From the NCBI GenBank assembly GCA_043797085.1, contig JAZDQA010000013.1:32001-96000 (forward strand): a stretch of DNA of 64,000 nt, in the 5' to 3' direction. The notes under the pieces were generated by a model. The model was not told the DNA's origin, did no database searches, and worked only from the letters and a program-made list of their open reading frames with translations. Shown in pieces: positions 30,417 to 40,649 of the stretch. This DNA comes from Pseudomonadota bacterium (GTDB taxonomy: Bacteria > Campylobacterota > Campylobacteria > Campylobacterales > Sulfurimonadaceae). Made by a program: the position numbers and the translations under genes. Positions within the stretch are counted from its first letter, which is position 1; the number at the start of each line of letters is the position of its first letter.

Positions 30417-31517
30417 CTACCACTCTCTTGTCCATGATAGTTTTTTTTGTCGTGCATTTTGAACATAATCATCTAAATTTTGTACTGTTGTAGCAACATT
30501 ATTCTCATAAAAATATTTGTACCATAATAGCGTTTTTTCAAAAGCAGTTTCGCTATCCCAAACATCTTTCCATTTTAAACGAATATGGGCTTTTGAACAA
30601 TCGAGTTTTAATAAATTCGCTTCATGAAATTGATGAAGATCTCGATTGATCTCATAATCGATTTTATCCCAGTGTTTTTTTACATGATGTACGACCTCTT
30701 CAACAGTAATACTCCCCTCATCACTGGGACCAAAGTTCCATGCTTCTCCAAATTCAACTTTTTCTTCCAAAAGTTTTTGTCCGATAGCAAGATATCCACT
30801 GAGCGGTTCAAGAACATGCTGCCATGGACGAGTAGCATTGGGATTTCGGATACTGACTTTTTTTCCTTTTGAAACGGATAACATAATATCAGTCATCAGG
30901 CGCTCTTTTGCCCAGTCTCCACCACCGATCACGTTACCTGCGCGACACGATGCTAAAAGAGTATTATGCGATTTTTTGTAATCGACAGGATTGAAATATG
31001 AGTTTCGATAAGAATTAGCGAGTAAATCGGCACACCCTTTAGACGAGCTGTAAGGGTCATATCCTCCCATAGGATCGTTTTCACGATATCCCCATACCCA
31101 TTCGCGGTTTTCATAGGCTTTATCGCTTGTGATGTTAACGATGGCTTTGACATTGTGTGTACGGCACGCTTCAAAAACCTTCAGTGTCCCCATGACATTG
31201 GTTTCATAGGTTTCGATAGGGGCTTCATAGGAGAAGCGCACAAGCGATTGAGCGGCAAGATGAAATACTATGTCGGGCTTGTAGGTTGCAAAAGTAGTAT
31301 TTAATGCGTCCAAATCTCGAATATCTCCGATGATAGAGATAATATCAAGATCTAGAAGCAAAATATGGTTAGGCTCAGTGGGGGCAGGAAGTGAATATCC
31401 GATTACTTTGGCTCCCATTTGATGTAACCATAATGCAAGCCATGATCCTTTGAATCCTGTATGCCCCGTTAGTAAAACCGTTTTATCTTTGTAAACGCCA
31501 CCAAAAAGATTATCCAT
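30417..31517 (-). CDS. rfbG: CDP-glucose 4,6-dehydratase
   Basis: TGHTGFKGSWL, HLAAQSLV, YSSSKG, RAGNVIGGGDW, RPWQHVLEPL. Confidence 0.96.
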   Translation of the reverse strand: MDNLFGGVYKDKTVLLTGHTGFKGSWLALWLHQMGAKVIGYSLPAPTEPNHILLLDLDIISIIGDIRDLDALNTTFATYKPDIVFHLAAQSLVRFSYEAPIETYETNVMGTLKVFEACRTHNVKAIVNITSDKAYENREWVWGYRENDPMGGYDPYSSSKGCADLLANSYRNSYFNPVDYKKSHNTLLASCRAGNVIGGGDWAKERLMTDIMLSVSKGKKVSIRNPNATRPWQHVLEPLSGYLAIGQKLLEEKVEFGEAWNFGPSDEGSITVEEVVHHVKKHWDKIDYEINRDLHQFHEANLLKLDCSKAHIRLKWKDVWDSETAFEKTLLWYKYFYENNVATTVQNLDDYVQNARQKKLSWTREW

Positions 31518-32290
31518 TACCAGTTTTTCCATTTGGCTTTATTATCATGCCACAGTTGGTTCAGTTTTTGGTTATCTCGAAGCGTATCCATACACTGCCA
31601 AAAACCATGATGTTTATAAGCAAAAAGCTCACCCTCTTTTGCAATCGCTTGCAAGGCAGTTTGCTCAAAAACACATGCTTCATTTTCAGTTAAATACTTA
31701 AATATTGTTGATTCGCATACAAAAAATCCGCCATTAATCCAGCCACCCTCATCAAGCGGCTTTTCAACAAAACTTTTAATATTCATATCTTCAGAAATTT
31801 CCAAATTTCCAAATCGTGCTTCGGGTTGGACAGCGGTCATCGTTAATGTCTTGCCATTCTTTTTGTGAAAGGCTACCGTATCTGTAATATTAACATCACA
31901 AACTCCATCACCATAGGTAAGTAAAAAAGGCTCATTTCCAATATATTTTTCAGCTCTTTTGATCCGTCCACCTGTCATTGTATCACGTCCCGTATCGACT
32001 AAAGTAACCTTCCATGGCTCACTGGTATTATTATGAACTTCCATTTGACCCGTCTGAATATCAAAAGTAATATCACTTTGATGCAAAAAATAATTAGCAA
32101 AATATTCTTTGATGTAATAGCTTTTATATCCCAGCAAAATAACAAAATCATTAAAACCGTGTGCAGAATACATTTTCATAATATGCCAAAGAATCGGTTT
32201 TCCTCCAATTTCTACCATCGGCTTTGGTTTTAACTCTGTCTCTTCAGATATACGGGTTCCATATCCACCTGCTAAAATCACTACTTTCAT
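31517..32290 (-). CDS. rfbF: Glucose-1-phosphate cytidylyltransferase
   Basis: LAGGYGTRISEET..KPKPMVEIG, TMTGGRIK, GFWQCMDTLRD. Confidence 0.96.
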   Translation of the reverse strand: MKVVILAGGYGTRISEETELKPKPMVEIGGKPILWHIMKMYSAHGFNDFVILLGYKSYYIKEYFANYFLHQSDITFDIQTGQMEVHNNTSEPWKVTLVDTGRDTMTGGRIKRAEKYIGNEPFLLTYGDGVCDVNITDTVAFHKKNGKTLTMTAVQPEARFGNLEISEDMNIKSFVEKPLDEGGWINGGFFVCESTIFKYLTENEACVFEQTALQAIAKEGELFAYKHHGFWQCMDTLRDNQKLNQLWHDNKAKWKNW

Positions 32291-32462
32291 TCTGTCCATT
32301 CTTACATTATTTATAATAACTCAACACTTTTCTGGTTTTTATTATATCAATATTTTGTGTTAATCATCATACTTTCTCTCTTTAATTACGATTAAACATT
32401 GTAGGCGTATAATTCGCTTCATAATGTTGCTCGTTATTCGAGCTTAAAAGGCGAAATAGATC

Positions 32463-34049
32463 ATGGATACTGTAGAGATTGAGACATTAGGGATAAAAAA
32501 CACCCAAAATATTTTTCATAATTTAACTTTTGATGAATTAATAGAGCATGAACTTCGTAACGGTGAATGCACGATGACCAGCAGTGGTGCAACCACCGTC
32601 GATACTGGAATCTTTACCGGACGAAGTCCTAAAGACAAATATTTTGTCAACAGCGACCCTTCCAATCAATACATCGCATGGGGTGATGTCAATAAAAAAA
32701 TTGATAAAGCCGTTTTCGATGAGCTCTTGATCGTTGCACGTGAACAGCTTTCTAATAAAGACTTATATATTACCGATGTCTTTTGCGGTTCCAGTGCTTC
32801 GAGCAAACGTTCTATCCGTTTTGTTTCTGAAATCGCATGGCAGTCTCATTTCGTTAAAAACATGTTTATTCGCCCCCTCACCGAAGAGCTCAATGATTTT
32901 AAACCTCAATTTACCGTTCTTAATGCGTGTAAAGCGGTTAACAGCCAATGGGAAAATCACGGACTGAACTCGGAAGTGTTTGTCCTTTTTGATATCGAAG
33001 CCAATCTTTGTATTATCGGTGGTACGTGGTACGGCGGCGAAATGAAAAAAGGAATTTTTTCAATGATGAACTACTGGCTTCCACTTGAGGGGAAACTGGC
33101 TATGCATTGTTCCGCTAACGTGGGACCTGCCGGCGATACTTGTCTCTTTTTCGGTCTTAGCGGGACAGGTAAAACTACCCTTTCTACTGATCCTCAGCGT
33201 GCGCTCATCGGTGATGACGAACACGGATGGGACGATGAGGGTGTCTTTAATTTCGAGGGTGGATGTTACGCCAAAGTGATCAATCTCGATCCTAAAAGCG
33301 AACCTGAAATCTACGCTGCCATCCGCAAAGGTGCATTACTAGAAAATGTTGTCTATGATGAAGACGGCTTAGTGAATTATGAAGATGGCTCGAAAACTGA
33401 AAACACTCGCGTATCGTATCCAATCGAACACATCGACAATCATCAGCCTTCGCTTCAAGCTGCCCATCCTCAAAATATTATTTTTCTCTCTGCTGATGCT
33501 TTTGGTGTACTTCCTCCGGTTAGCAAACTCTCTAAAGAACAAGCGATGTACTATTTCCTCAGTGGTTATACCGCCAAAGTTGCGGGAACCGAACGCGGTA
33601 TTACCGAACCTGTTGCAACATTCAGTTCATGTTTCGGAGAAGCGTTCTTACCTCTTCACCCGACGGTTTATGCAAAACTTTTAGGTGAAAAAATCGATAT
33701 GCATCATGTTAATGTCTATCTCGTTAATACAGGATGGACAGGCGGTGCTTACGGTGTCGGAAAACGTATGAGTATCAAAGATACGCGTGCATGTATCAAT
33801 GCTATTTTAGACGGTTCAATCAATCAGTCTGAATTTGATACTACTAACACTTTTGGATTTCATATCCCAAAAACACTTGGATCGATCGATCCTGTAATCC
33901 TTAATCCTCGTAATGCTTGGGCGGATCGTGATGCGTATCTCGTTCAACGTGACAATTTAGCTAAACTCTTTATACAAAACTTCAAAAAATATACGGATGG
34001 AACAAGTGGATTTGATTATTCTGCTGCAGGTCCGAAAGTTATCGACTAA
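32463..34049 (+). CDS. pckA: Phosphoenolpyruvate carboxykinase (ATP)
   Basis: [45 protein letters not shown]. Confidence 0.98.
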   Translation: MDTVEIETLGIKNTQNIFHNLTFDELIEHELRNGECTMTSSGATTVDTGIFTGRSPKDKYFVNSDPSNQYIAWGDVNKKIDKAVFDELLIVAREQLSNKDLYITDVFCGSSASSKRSIRFVSEIAWQSHFVKNMFIRPLTEELNDFKPQFTVLNACKAVNSQWENHGLNSEVFVLFDIEANLCIIGGTWYGGEMKKGIFSMMNYWLPLEGKLAMHCSANVGPAGDTCLFFGLSGTGKTTLSTDPQRALIGDDEHGWDDEGVFNFEGGCYAKVINLDPKSEPEIYAAIRKGALLENVVYDEDGLVNYEDGSKTENTRVSYPIEHIDNHQPSLQAAHPQNIIFLSADAFGVLPPVSKLSKEQAMYYFLSGYTAKVAGTERGITEPVATFSSCFGEAFLPLHPTVYAKLLGEKIDMHHVNVYLVNTGWTGGAYGVGKRMSIKDTRACINAILDGSINQSEFDTTNTFGFHIPKTLGSIDPVILNPRNAWADRDAYLVQRDNLAKLFIQNFKKYTDGTSGFDYSAAGPKVID

Positions 34050-34065
34050 ACCTCTTCCTCTCATT

Positions 34066-34085
34066 ATTCCTGCTTTTGCGGGAAT
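34066..34085. repeat. ATTCCY-N8-GGGAAT palindrome (dRS3/CGTC-REP-like), probable pckA terminator
   Basis: ATTCCT-gcttttgc-GGGAAT; relatives at 34259, 44940 and 53846. Confidence 0.55.
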
Positions 34086-34108
34086 CTACAATAGATCTTA
34101 CACTTATG

Positions 34109-34234
34109 TTTATCTAACACAATTTTCTTGTGAATTCAAAAATACACGTGCTTAATGAAGCAAAGTAAAAGCATGAATACAATTTAAGAAATACAGTTTA
34201 GAGTTGAATTCTCAAGAAAATTATTTTAGATAAA
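34109..34234. mobile_element. MITE-like element with 31-bp imperfect terminal inverted repeats
   Basis: 34109-34139 and 34204-34234 are reverse complements at 28/31 positions; 18 bp of the repeat recur exactly at 50793-50810. Confidence 0.55.
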
Positions 34235-34258
34235 TTTGATTAGTCAAAGGAGGTTACT

Positions 34259-34278
34259 ATTCCCGCATAAACGGGAAC
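34259..34278 (-). terminator. Hairpin downstream of glnA (ATTCCC-N8-GGGAAC)
   Basis: ATTCCCG-cataaa-CGGGAAC about 13 bp after the glnA stop. Confidence 0.55.
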
Positions 34279-34291
34279 AGTAGAAAAGATT

Positions 34292-35722
34292 TTAGCAAGA
34301 GTATGTAGTTTTAAACTCGTAAGCAGTTGGACGACCTTCATCTGGCCATACATCACGCTCGAAGCGGTAATGACGGTATGCTTCTAAGAACTCATCTGTA
34401 AATACAGGTTTCAAGAAGTCATTATCACGAACAAGTGACTCTAAAGAACCGCGAAGTGTGTGAGGCATTTGAGGGATACCTTTTTCACGAATTTCGTCTA
34501 AAGAGAGTTCATACAAATCTTCATCCATTGGACCGATTGGGATCTCTTTGTTGATAATACCGTCAAGTCCAGCCATCATCATCGTTGCAAATGCAAGATA
34601 TGGACATGCAGTGGAGTCTGGGAAACGCATCTCAATACGAGTCGCTTTTTCACCTGCACCATAAGGGATACGGCAAGATGCTGAACGGTTTTGTGAAGAG
34701 TATGTTAATACGCTTGGTGCTTCAAATCCTGGAAGTAATCTTTTGTATGAGTTGGTTGTTGGATTCGTAAATGCAGCAACCGAACGAGCATGTTTAAAGA
34801 TACCGCCAACATAGTTAAGACCCATTTCTGAGATATTTGCGTAGTTACCTTCTTTATAGAAAAGGTTTTTACCCTCTTTCCATAGTGATTGGTGAACGTG
34901 CATGCCGTTACCATTATCCCCAAACATTGGCTTAGGCATAAAGGTAGCCGTTTTACCATTAAGGTGTGCAACCATTTTTACAACGTATTTGTATTTTTGA
35001 ACGTTGTCCGCTGCACCGATGATATCAGAGAAAACGATACCGATTTCGTGCTGCCCTTGAGCAACTTCGTGGTGACCAAGAACTACTTCAAGACCAATTT
35101 GCTCCATTACTTGCATCATTTCAGCACGGATATCGACAGCAGAGTCTGTTGGTGCTACTGGGAAGTAACCGCCTTTAGTTCCTGGTCTGTGACCTGTATT
35201 ATAATTGTCCGGATATGCATTGTTTGAATTCCATCCACCCTCTTCGGTATCAACTTTATAACCAGCTTCATTGATGTTGTCAACAAAAGTTACAGAGTCA
35301 AACATAAAAAATTCATTTTCAGGACCAAAGTAAGCAGCATCAGCAATACCTAAAGACTCAGCATGTTTAAGTGCTGCTTTTGCGATTGAACGTGGGCATC
35401 TCTCATACGCTTGTTTTTTGTAAATGTCATAAACATCACAGAAAACGATAATGGTTGGATCAGCAGTAAAAGGATCCATGAATGCAGAACCAGCATCAGG
35501 GATAAGCAACATATCTGATTTATTAATTGGCTGCCATGCATCAATTGATGAACCATCAAATGGTAAACCGCCTTCGAATTGACCGGCATTAACTGCACTG
35601 TAACGGTAAGTAACGTGGTGCCAAGTCCCTTTAATATCAGTAAAACGGAAATCTACGAATTGAACATCGTTCTCTTTAGAAAAAGTAAAAAACTCTTCTA
35701 CACTGTTTACAAATTTACCCAT
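34292..35722 (-). CDS. glnA: Glutamine synthetase type I
   Basis: [56 protein letters not shown]; start MGKF after a GAGG SD. Confidence 0.98.
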   Translation of the reverse strand: MGKFVNSVEEFFTFSKENDVQFVDFRFTDIKGTWHHVTYRYSAVNAGQFEGGLPFDGSSIDAWQPINKSDMLLIPDAGSAFMDPFTADPTIIVFCDVYDIYKKQAYERCPRSIAKAALKHAESLGIADAAYFGPENEFFMFDSVTFVDNINEAGYKVDTEEGGWNSNNAYPDNYNTGHRPGTKGGYFPVAPTDSAVDIRAEMMQVMEQIGLEVVLGHHEVAQGQHEIGIVFSDIIGAADNVQKYKYVVKMVAHLNGKTATFMPKPMFGDNGNGMHVHQSLWKEGKNLFYKEGNYANISEMGLNYVGGIFKHARSVAAFTNPTTNSYKRLLPGFEAPSVLTYSSQNRSASCRIPYGAGEKATRIEMRFPDSTACPYLAFATMMMAGLDGIINKEIPIGPMDEDLYELSLDEIREKGIPQMPHTLRGSLESLVRDNDFLKPVFTDEFLEAYRHYRFERDVWPDEGRPTAYEFKTTYSC

Positions 35723-35792
35723 ACATTTCACCTCAAAAATAAAATTGTAAACAGTATAGCAAATTAATATTAATTGTAAAAACGTAAAGTGC

Positions 35793-36572
35793 CTAAAATT
35801 TAATCATCGCTCTATCTCTGTTGCAATATGTGGCACACTCACTGTAGCCAAAAGATCGCGCTAATGCTTCGATTTCATCCGTAAACATCCCCACTTGATC
35901 GGGACGATGTGCATCAGAGCTAAACGTAATCGGTATATCTAACAAGGCTATGGATTCAAGTAATAATGGGGATGGATAGGCTTCAGCTACCGGCTTTCGA
36001 AGACCTGAGACATTAATTTCAATGACCATATTGGCTTTTTTAATCGCTTTTAGTGCATTTTTTGCCAAAATTCGGATGTCTGTTTTAGGGAAAAACTTGA
36101 AAACTTTGAGCAAATCCAAATGTCCGACGATGTCAAATTTTCCACTCAATGCCATTTCTTCTATCAGCTCAAAATATCGAGAATAAAGTACGTCCATATC
36201 CTTCCCCACATATTGATGAATGTACTCAGGATTATCAAATCCCCATTCGTCTATGAAATGGATACTTCCAATCAAATAATCACAAGGTCGCTTTAGAACC
36301 CTCTCATCCATATATCCCGGAAGATAATCAACTTCATAGCCTAGTAATACGCTAATCTTATCTTGGTAATTCTCTTTAGCCTCTTGAATCCATTGCTCAT
36401 ACAGGTGCATTTGTGAAAATTCCATTCGGTACTGTGGGTCATACTCCATCGGAGCATGATCTGAAAATCCGAAATACTTTGTCCCTTTCGCTATTGCAGC
36501 TTCTACATACTCGTTTACACTGCCCGTTGCGTGATTGCACAACACGGTATGATTGTGGATGTCAACTTTCAT
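35793..36572 (-). CDS. PHP-family histidinol-phosphatase (HisJ/HisK type)
   Basis: DIHNHT.LC.HA, SDHAP, GSIH, GHLD, SSDAH. Confidence 0.9.
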   Translation of the reverse strand: MKVDIHNHTVLCNHATGSVNEYVEAAIAKGTKYFGFSDHAPMEYDPQYRMEFSQMHLYEQWIQEAKENYQDKISVLLGYEVDYLPGYMDERVLKRPCDYLIGSIHFIDEWGFDNPEYIHQYVGKDMDVLYSRYFELIEEMALSGKFDIVGHLDLLKVFKFFPKTDIRILAKNALKAIKKANMVIEINVSGLRKPVAEAYPSPLLLESIALLDIPITFSSDAHRPDQVGMFTDEIEALARSFGYSECATYCNRDRAMIKF

Positions 36573-36637
36573 CGTATTTCCTATTGTAAATAATCATTTT
36601 AATGTTATTATAGTGCAATTTTTTATGAGGTACCATT

Positions 36638-37333
36638 ATGACACAAGAAGAACTTGATGCGCTTATGAATGAAGATTTAGAGATGGATGAAGTCGTCGAA
36701 TCTGAAGAAGCCGTTGCTGCCACAGAAGAGATAGATGAGCCATTAAATGACATTGAAAACCCCAATGCTTATCGTGTTTCAGCAATGCAAAGCTGGCCTC
36801 CGCCGCCACCGACGGATGATAATAAAATGGTTCATCAGCTCGATGATGTCACCAAAGAGAGTGAAGAAAAAGCATCTGAGATTTTTGATCTCATCGAAAT
36901 AATCAGTAACGATTTAGGGGATGGGGAAAAGCATATTAAGAATGTCAAAGCAATTATTGATTCCAATCTTGCTCTTTTTACAACATTACACGCTAAATTT
37001 CCTCACGTGGAAGCCTTTGAGACACAACTGACTCAAAATACGCAAGCTAAAGATAAACTCGATGCAGTGGAGCAGATCCTTCAAGATGGAGGCGATGCTA
37101 TTATGAACGTCATGGATATTATGCAATACCAAGACATTCACCGCCAAAAAATCGAGCGGGTAATCAATGTTATGCGCGCATTGTCTACATATATGAACCA
37201 TCTTTTTTCAGGAAAAATTGATGATTCTAAACGGGTTACCTCCGCTGTACATATCCATGGAGATATGGATACCGAAGATGTTGTGAGTAGTGATGACATT
37301 GAAGCATTACTTGCTTCGTTTGGGCAAAAGTAG
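36638..37333 (+). CDS. cheZ: Campylobacterota-type CheZ chemotaxis phosphatase
   Basis: MTQEELDALM N-terminus, MQYQDIHRQKIERV (DxxxQ), C-terminal DIEALLASFG. Confidence 0.8.
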   Translation: MTQEELDALMNEDLEMDEVVESEEAVAATEEIDEPLNDIENPNAYRVSAMQSWPPPPPTDDNKMVHQLDDVTKESEEKASEIFDLIEIISNDLGDGEKHIKNVKAIIDSNLALFTTLHAKFPHVEAFETQLTQNTQAKDKLDAVEQILQDGGDAIMNVMDIMQYQDIHRQKIERVINVMRALSTYMNHLFSGKIDDSKRVTSAVHIHGDMDTEDVVSSDDIEALLASFGQK

Positions 37334-37385
37334 AGGTTTTTTTCGCTAAAATTCTCTAAAATTTAGAAGAATCGAGCAACTGTCT

Positions 37386-38678
37386 TTGAAAAAAGTAGAA
37401 CTCCTCTCCCCTGCGGGAAATTTAGAAAAACTCAAAATCGCCATCGATTACGGCGCAGATGCTGTATATGGCGGGGTTAGCCACTTCTCACTTCGTATCC
37501 GTTCGGGTAAAGAGTTCGATTTAGAGAGCTTTAAAGAGGGGATTGATTATGCTCATGCGCGTGGACGAAAAGTCTATGTTACTATCAATGGTTTCCCTTT
37601 TAATTCTCAACTTAAACTGCTAAAAGAGCATATCCTAACCATGGCTTCGCTCGAACCTGACGCCTTTATCGTGGCTACACCCGGAGTTCTCAAACTCGCC
37701 CATCAGCTAGCGCCTCAAATTCCTCTGCATCTCTCAACTCAAGCCAATGTTATGAATGTTCTCGATGCGCAGGTTTATTATGACATGGGTGCTCGCCGTA
37801 TCATCGCCGCACGGGAAATTTCTCTTAAAGATTTAGTGCAGATTAAAGCCGAACTCCCTGATTTGGAAATCGAAGTGTTTGTTCATGGCTCTATGTGTTT
37901 TGCTTACAGTGGGCGCTGTCTCATCTCCACACTTCAAAGCGGTCGTGTCCCTAATCGTGGAAGCTGTGCCAATGATTGCCGTTTCCCATACGAAATGTAC
38001 GCTGCCAATCCTGAGACAGGGACACTATTCAAACTCGAAGAACATGAGGGAATCGGAACGTATATTATGAATTCCAAAGATCTTAATCTCGCGTCTCACA
38101 TGAGTGAAATTTTACAAAGCGGTGCGATCGATTCAGTCAAAGTAGAAGGACGTACCAAAGCTCCCTATTATGCTGCAATTACCGCTAAAACCTATCGACG
38201 TGCTATTGATGATTATTATGAGGGGAAATTTGATGATGAAGCGTATCAAAAAGAGTTAAACACGATGCAAAATCGCGGGTTTACCGATGCCTATCTCATC
38301 AATCGTCCTTTTGAGAAACATGATACGCAAAATCTCGACTTTACTATGATGATGGGAACCCATCAAGTAGCGGGAATCGTCGATGAATCAGGAGAATTTT
38401 TTGAATGCAAATACAAAACATTTCCCAATGATATCATGGAAATCGTCGCTCCATCCGATGCGTTAATCGAAGCGTGTGACAATGAAATCGGAACGGTCGA
38501 AAAACGAGATGGGCAATGGATTATTATCTTTAAACAGCTACTTGCTGAAAATGGAAAGGTGTGGGATCAGGTTCACAGCGGGAATCTGAACCGATTTAAA
38601 CTACCTTGTCCGCTGCCTCACTTTACCTTTTTTCGTATTCCTGCGACGGAAGATATGGGGATAGGGATAAGGGGCTAG
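37386..38678 (+). CDS. Peptidase U32 family protein (TrhP/YegQ-like tRNA hydroxylation)
   Basis: ELLSPAG, HLSTQAN, HGSMCFAYSGRC, NRGSCANDCR, KVEGR. Confidence 0.92.
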   Translation: MKKVELLSPAGNLEKLKIAIDYGADAVYGGVSHFSLRIRSGKEFDLESFKEGIDYAHARGRKVYVTINGFPFNSQLKLLKEHILTMASLEPDAFIVATPGVLKLAHQLAPQIPLHLSTQANVMNVLDAQVYYDMGARRIIAAREISLKDLVQIKAELPDLEIEVFVHGSMCFAYSGRCLISTLQSGRVPNRGSCANDCRFPYEMYAANPETGTLFKLEEHEGIGTYIMNSKDLNLASHMSEILQSGAIDSVKVEGRTKAPYYAAITAKTYRRAIDDYYEGKFDDEAYQKELNTMQNRGFTDAYLINRPFEKHDTQNLDFTMMMGTHQVAGIVDESGEFFECKYKTFPNDIMEIVAPSDALIEACDNEIGTVEKRDGQWIIIFKQLLAENGKVWDQVHSGNLNRFKLPCPLPHFTFFRIPATEDMGIGIRG

Positions 38679-38684
38679 TCATGC

Positions 38685-38743
38685 CGTTCGCCCTGAGCCT
38701 GTCGAAGGGTGAGATTCATGGTTCGACAAGCTCACCACGAACG
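38685..38743. repeat. REP-like palindrome of the widespread TGAGCyTGTCGAA / TTCGACArGCTCA type
   Basis: CGTTCG-ccc-TGAGCcTGTCGAA ... TTCGACAaGCTCA-cca-CGAACG inverted repeat in the intergenic gap. Confidence 0.75.
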
Positions 38744-38777
38744 AACAAGAAAATTTAAATAAACCCAAAGGAAAAAA

Positions 38778-39272
38778 ATGAAATTTGTATCTATTATAAT
38801 GGGGAGCAAAAGCGATTTTGATGTGATGAAATCGTGCTCACAAACGTTTGAAGAGTTCGGTGTTGCGTATGAACTTATCATCTCTTCGGCTCACCGAAGC
38901 CCTGAGCGTACCAAAGATTATATTATTGCAGCAGAAGCTAAAGGGGCGCAAGTCTTTATCGCAGCAGCTGGTATGGCTGCCCATTTAGCAGGTGTTCTTG
39001 CCTCTAAAACGATCAAACCTGTTATCGGTGTACCCATGAGCGCATCAGCACTTAGCGGTATCGATGCACTTCTCTCTACCGTTCAAATGCCAGCAGGAAT
39101 GCCTGTTGCAACCGTTGCTATCGGTAAAGCGGGAGCTATCAATTCAGCCTATCTTGCTATGCAGATTTTGGCACTCGAAAATGAAGAACTTCGAATGAAA
39201 CTTCAAGAAGACAGAATCTCCAAAGCTAAAAAAGTGGAAATGGATTCGATGGAAATTGAAACCATACTCTAA
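38778..39272 (+). CDS. purE: N5-CAIR mutase PurE
   Basis: IMGSKSD, SAHRSP, AGMAAHLAG, QMPAGMPVATV. Confidence 0.97.
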   Translation: MKFVSIIMGSKSDFDVMKSCSQTFEEFGVAYELIISSAHRSPERTKDYIIAAEAKGAQVFIAAAGMAAHLAGVLASKTIKPVIGVPMSASALSGIDALLSTVQMPAGMPVATVAIGKAGAINSAYLAMQILALENEELRMKLQEDRISKAKKVEMDSMEIETIL

Positions 39273-39280
39273 AAGGGGAC

Positions 39281-39760
39281 ATGATGCACGAACATTGGAT
39301 GAGTATTTATGAATATGCCGATTTAACCCAAATGGATCCAGAAGAAGTGGAAGCACTAATTGTACGCGGGAAACTGACAACCATCGTTGAAGAGGGAGTA
39401 GTTCTCATCGATCCGGCTCAGGGGATGGGCGGCATAGTTCCTGCATCTATCACCCAGCTAAGTGCTTCTCATGCTGATATTACCATTGGTGCAAGTTTTG
39501 TCGAAAAAACGATAGGGACGATCATCAATCTCCATGAAAAAGTGCTCGTTGCCAAAGAAGAGACCATCGAGTCGATTAAAAATGAAAATGCATTTCTTAA
39601 AGAAGCCCTTGGCTCTCTCCAAGAACTCTACGATGAAGATCGTAAAACCATCGCAATTTTGACTGAACAACTCAAACTTTCTGCCCAAGAGGTAGAATTT
39701 ATGCGTCGCAAATACAAACTCATGTGGGGAAAAGTAATCGACGAGCACGCGGCTCCATGA
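39281..39760 (+). CDS. Conserved coiled-coil protein (DUF3972-like)
   Basis: FVEKTIGTIINLHEKV...RKYKLMW, a Campylobacterota conserved protein found between purE and glyQ. Confidence 0.75.
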   Translation: MMHEHWMSIYEYADLTQMDPEEVEALIVRGKLTTIVEEGVVLIDPAQGMGGIVPASITQLSASHADITIGASFVEKTIGTIINLHEKVLVAKEETIESIKNENAFLKEALGSLQELYDEDRKTIAILTEQLKLSAQEVEFMRRKYKLMWGKVIDEHAAP

Positions 39761-40614
39761 CCATCCAAAATGAATGTATCGGGTGCATCGTTGCTCAAAG
39801 TCAACGGGTTTGTGATGCCATTGGAGCAGATGAAGCTTTAACTCAAAAGATTGTCTCTTTTGTTGAAACCTCTCTTTCTACTGCCGATTTCACCCTCTCT
39901 CCGCCTGTCATAGCCGCACCTTTATACGAACAAATGGCGCTTTTTGCCGAAAAAATCGATCTCTATGATGAACAAAAAACTCACGCAACCACACAAGCTC
40001 AACACTACATCCCATTTTTACGTGGGACGATAGAACAAAGCAATAATCCCTTTATGGCATTGCTCAAAACAGCAGTGGTGGGAAACGTTATCGATTTGGC
40101 GGCAGAAGTAGCGTTTGATTTACACGGTGCAATTACCTCTGTTTTTGATACGCCATTTGTTCATGATGACTCTGCAAAGCTCGCTGAGCAACTCCAAAAG
40201 TCAAAAACCCTGCTCTACATCGGTGACAATACGGGAGAACATCTTTTTGATGCATTAGCCATCGAACATCTAAAAAGACTCTACCCCCATTTAGAGATCA
40301 CCTACATGGTACGAGGCAATTTCATCATCAACGATATCACGATGAAAGAAGCACAAGAAGCCAAGATGGATCAAATTTGCACCCTTATGGATAGCGGTGT
40401 CAATACACCCGGTTTTGTCTATGAACGTGCATCCGAAGAATCCAAAAAGCTCTTTGATACTGCCGATGTTATCATTGCCAAAGGGATGGGAAATTACGAA
40501 TGTATGACTCCCTCCACACGCAAGAACATCTGTTTTTTACTCAAGATAAAATGTTCTGTCGTCTCACGCTCGCTAGGACACGAGATAGGCTCTATAATCT
40601 GTAAGTTGGACTGA
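39757..40614 (+). CDS. ARMT1-like / DUF89 damage-control phosphatase
   Basis: ECIGC, GNVID, GDNTGE, INDIT, AKGMGNYE, LLKIKC; ATGA overlap start. Confidence 0.9.
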   Translation: MTIQNECIGCIVAQSQRVCDAIGADEALTQKIVSFVETSLSTADFTLSPPVIAAPLYEQMALFAEKIDLYDEQKTHATTQAQHYIPFLRGTIEQSNNPFMALLKTAVVGNVIDLAAEVAFDLHGAITSVFDTPFVHDDSAKLAEQLQKSKTLLYIGDNTGEHLFDALAIEHLKRLYPHLEITYMVRGNFIINDITMKEAQEAKMDQICTLMDSGVNTPGFVYERASEESKKLFDTADVIIAKGMGNYECMTPSTRKNICFLLKIKCSVVSRSLGHEIGSIICKLD

Positions 40615-40649
40615 GTTATAATCCCATCACTATTTAACGGAGAATTTTT

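Noticed and set aside
35723..35792. Riboswitch or structured leader upstream of glnA
   Set aside because: Only 70 bp of AT-rich promoter sequence with no convincing stems
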